Assembly: GCF_000181795.1 (NCBI RefSeq)
Contig: NW_003526944.1
Span: 3,952,934-4,016,933, forward strand
Source: Trichinella spiralis
Lineage: Eukaryota
DNA length: 64,000 nucleotides
Direction of reading: 5' to 3'
The stretch's first letter is position 1; each line of letters starts with the position of its first letter. Positions 61,244 through 64,000 of the stretch are shown here, in pieces. The notes below the pieces were generated by a model. The model did not search any database. It was given only the letters and a program-made list of their open reading frames with translations, and had not been told where the DNA came from. The position numbers and the translations under genes were made by a program.

Positions 61244-63391
61244 TGCGCTTTGAACTAAACTTCTACCAGTTCACAGTCAGGGCACTGACATCAATCGGCG
61301 GGTTCTGAATACAGTACATTTCATACTGATGATCAAGTAGTTTATATTTGTATTTCAAAACAAAAAACGGCAAATGATGAGACAGTCTTCAGAAGAGAAA
61401 TACGCCAATAATTTGGTGCACAATAATGGAAACGACCATTCCTGAAATCGACCTCTCGATCAATGAGTGTAAAAATTACACGCTCGACGAAGCGTATAAA
61501 CGATGCACTACTGGCAAACAAACGAACGAACGAAACAGTAAAATAAACTATATATCATCATCATCATAGCAAATTTTATAAATTTGTTGCACCAGGAAAA
61601 AATATTCTACAAACAAAAAAAATTTTTTTTCCCAACATTCAAACCATGTTTACCTAGACATAAATTGTTGCAAAATTTACGATAAAGTGTATTTCAAAAT
61701 ACCACGATCGTTCAATTGAATGACTACATTGAATAGACAGACTGATGCAAGCGGCAACTACTAGCAACAGTTTTTGAAAATAACAATCTTATAACCTGTT
61801 ACAATTTGTGAAATATGTCACCACCAGACGAGAGCAAGTAGTATAACCAAAATACAGTGCGCAAAGGTCATTCGCGATTCATGAATACAAGTCCAGTTAT
61901 TGTCGCATATATTGTAGAAAGTACATAATTAATAAAATACCGTTGGAACAGATAAAAGCAACATGTTGCAATATGCATTATTTGATCAGTTCAAACTTAT
62001 TATTTGCGAAAAAAACTGTTTCAAACGAGAAACAATTAACAGACATTCTCTTTTCCCTATTTTTTCCTCTGGGAAATTTCAATTTTCATCTAAAAAAGAA
62101 ATTCAAAAATCATTACATACCTCGATCAGTTTAGCCTGTGAAACGATGAAAAATCAAATTAATGCAACAGCAGAACACAGGGAGAATGTAGTTCCAACTC
62201 GCTTGCGTTACCCCATTTAGAAACAAAATATTATAATTATCTATCAATTGAAAAAGAAAAGCAAATAAAGCAAAATAGAAAATTATTAGAAAACAATTTG
62301 TCAATCAAGAAAAAAAAAGAAAGTAGTTAATTAAAATGAAGATTGATTTGAAAAGAACGAAATAAAGCATTTATTTCCGTGTTCAATGAAAAAGCTAAAA
62401 AATCTAATTTACAAATATTGCAATATTTATGCTATTTTTTGTTATCACTGAAGTGAAAAGAGAGAGAAAGATGAAAGAAAAATATAAGCAAACTAAAAAT
62501 TAGTAACATGCAGCAGACAGACTTCCTCGTAGTAATCTGAAATAATAATAATAATAATGATGTTCACAAAGTTTAAAGTTGCTTGACCTTGGAAAACTTT
62601 TAAACACTGACAATTGAAAAGATCCAACTAATAGAATTTCTTACTATTTGATTATTAAACATGGTATACTGTTTTATTTTTACAAATAATTAATAAAAAA
62701 CAAGAAAATATGTAAAAAAAATTTCCTAACATTGACATAACTTGCATACTTCAATAATAATAATAATAAAATAATATAACGAGAAGTAAGTGATGAACTT
62801 CAAATGAAATGGAATTTGCAAAAAAATAATTGCTAATGTTCCATGTTCCATGCGCAAAGAGTTAATATTGATTTTGATTTCAAGCGCAGCTGGTGATAAT
62901 AAACAAATAAAAAAAAACATACAGTTGACGTTGAAACTGCTGTCACAACAGATAGCACAGTCGATCGATCAATAAAAACGTAAAATTCTCATGCTCTGCT
63001 GGCCAATTTGAGGAAGTTGCGCTATTTAAATATTAAAACAAACGAACAAACACAGCCAAAACACATGAAATTAATTGATCACTTAACACACATCTATTCA
63101 AGTTTATTGATGATTAAAATATGAAAAGCAGAACAAACAAATCAAAATTGGACACTCATTGTCCTACCGCTACTGTATCGCTGCTTAAACAACATGTGTA
63201 AAATATTCTAAAGTAAACCCCTTAGGAAGAACAATCACAGCTGCTGCTGATTGGATGAATATTTCAACCAAAAAGAATCACAATTCCCGATTGACAAAAA
63301 GCAAACCTATTCTACGTGTATAATTAAGTTAAAGTACAATTTTTAACTAATGCCTCAATCACATCAACGAATCAAGCCGACTGAAATCAAA

Positions 63392-63977
63392 TCAAGCTTC
63401 ACAGCATTTCAGCGCTTCCACACGCTCTTCAGTCAATTCATCTTGTGTAATTTTCATTTTTGACAGTGCAAAACTGTCCATTGTTAAATTCTTCACAATG
63501 TTCCACTCCTTGGTAGCCGGATCTACAGTAACCGGAAATGAGAAGACAAAACCTTCAGGAACACCGTAAGATCCATCCGAAGGTACTGACATTGACACCC
63601 ACTCACCCTGCAGAATAAATATACACAATTCATTTCATCAATTCATTACAATTCAACAAATACAATTCAATTCAACAAACGAAATTAAATACACAAATTT
63701 CAACTGAACACTTGATAAAAATTTACCATAGCATTAAAAAAAAGTGTATTAACGCTATTTATTTGTTCTTCGCATGTAAAGGAAAAGAAACTATGCAAAT
63801 AAATGGATTTCAATTTTTTTATCCTAAATATAAACTGAATAAGAAAAAAAAATATTCACTTACCGGCTTAGTTCCGTGCAACCAAGTGTACATGTGATCA
63901 CAGGCTCCTTTCGCAGCCGACATTGCAGAGCTAAGTTTGCGCTTTTTGATCACCTCTGCTCCTCGTTTTTGAATAAG
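63392..63977 (-). CDS. mdh-1: Cytosolic malate dehydrogenase, last two exons (gene continues beyond the window)
   Basis: [36 protein letters not shown] and [26 protein letters not shown]...ELTEER are MDH1-type motifs. Confidence 0.95.
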
Positions 63978-64000
63978 CTAATAATCAATCGATTAATAAC

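Overview
AT-rich, intron-rich eukaryotic (nematode) genomic DNA. The dyn-1 and hif-1 N-termini resemble the C. elegans proteins as I recall them; Trichinella-like (clade I) is an inference only. There are two 10-N gaps (2064-2073, 10097-10106), each next to a duplicated segment. Gene order: duplicated 3' part of a Cys-rich gene; four-PDZ Scribble (-); a cluster of five signal-peptide genes built from a one-exon 8-Cys module (18.2-27.6 kb); KGD4/MRPS36 (-); a bacterial MatB-type malonyl-CoA synthetase with two introns (+); TPD52 (-); dynamin (-); UTP14 (-); discs-large (+); orphan 7TM receptor (+); HIF-1alpha (-); 3' part of cytosolic malate dehydrogenase (-). Main findings: the modular secreted Cys-rich cluster (17 modules, phase-1 introns), the MatB-like HGT candidate, and a HIF-1 degron reading LxxLTP instead of LxxLAP. 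Exon boundaries were read by hand and homologies come from recalled sequences, not database searches.
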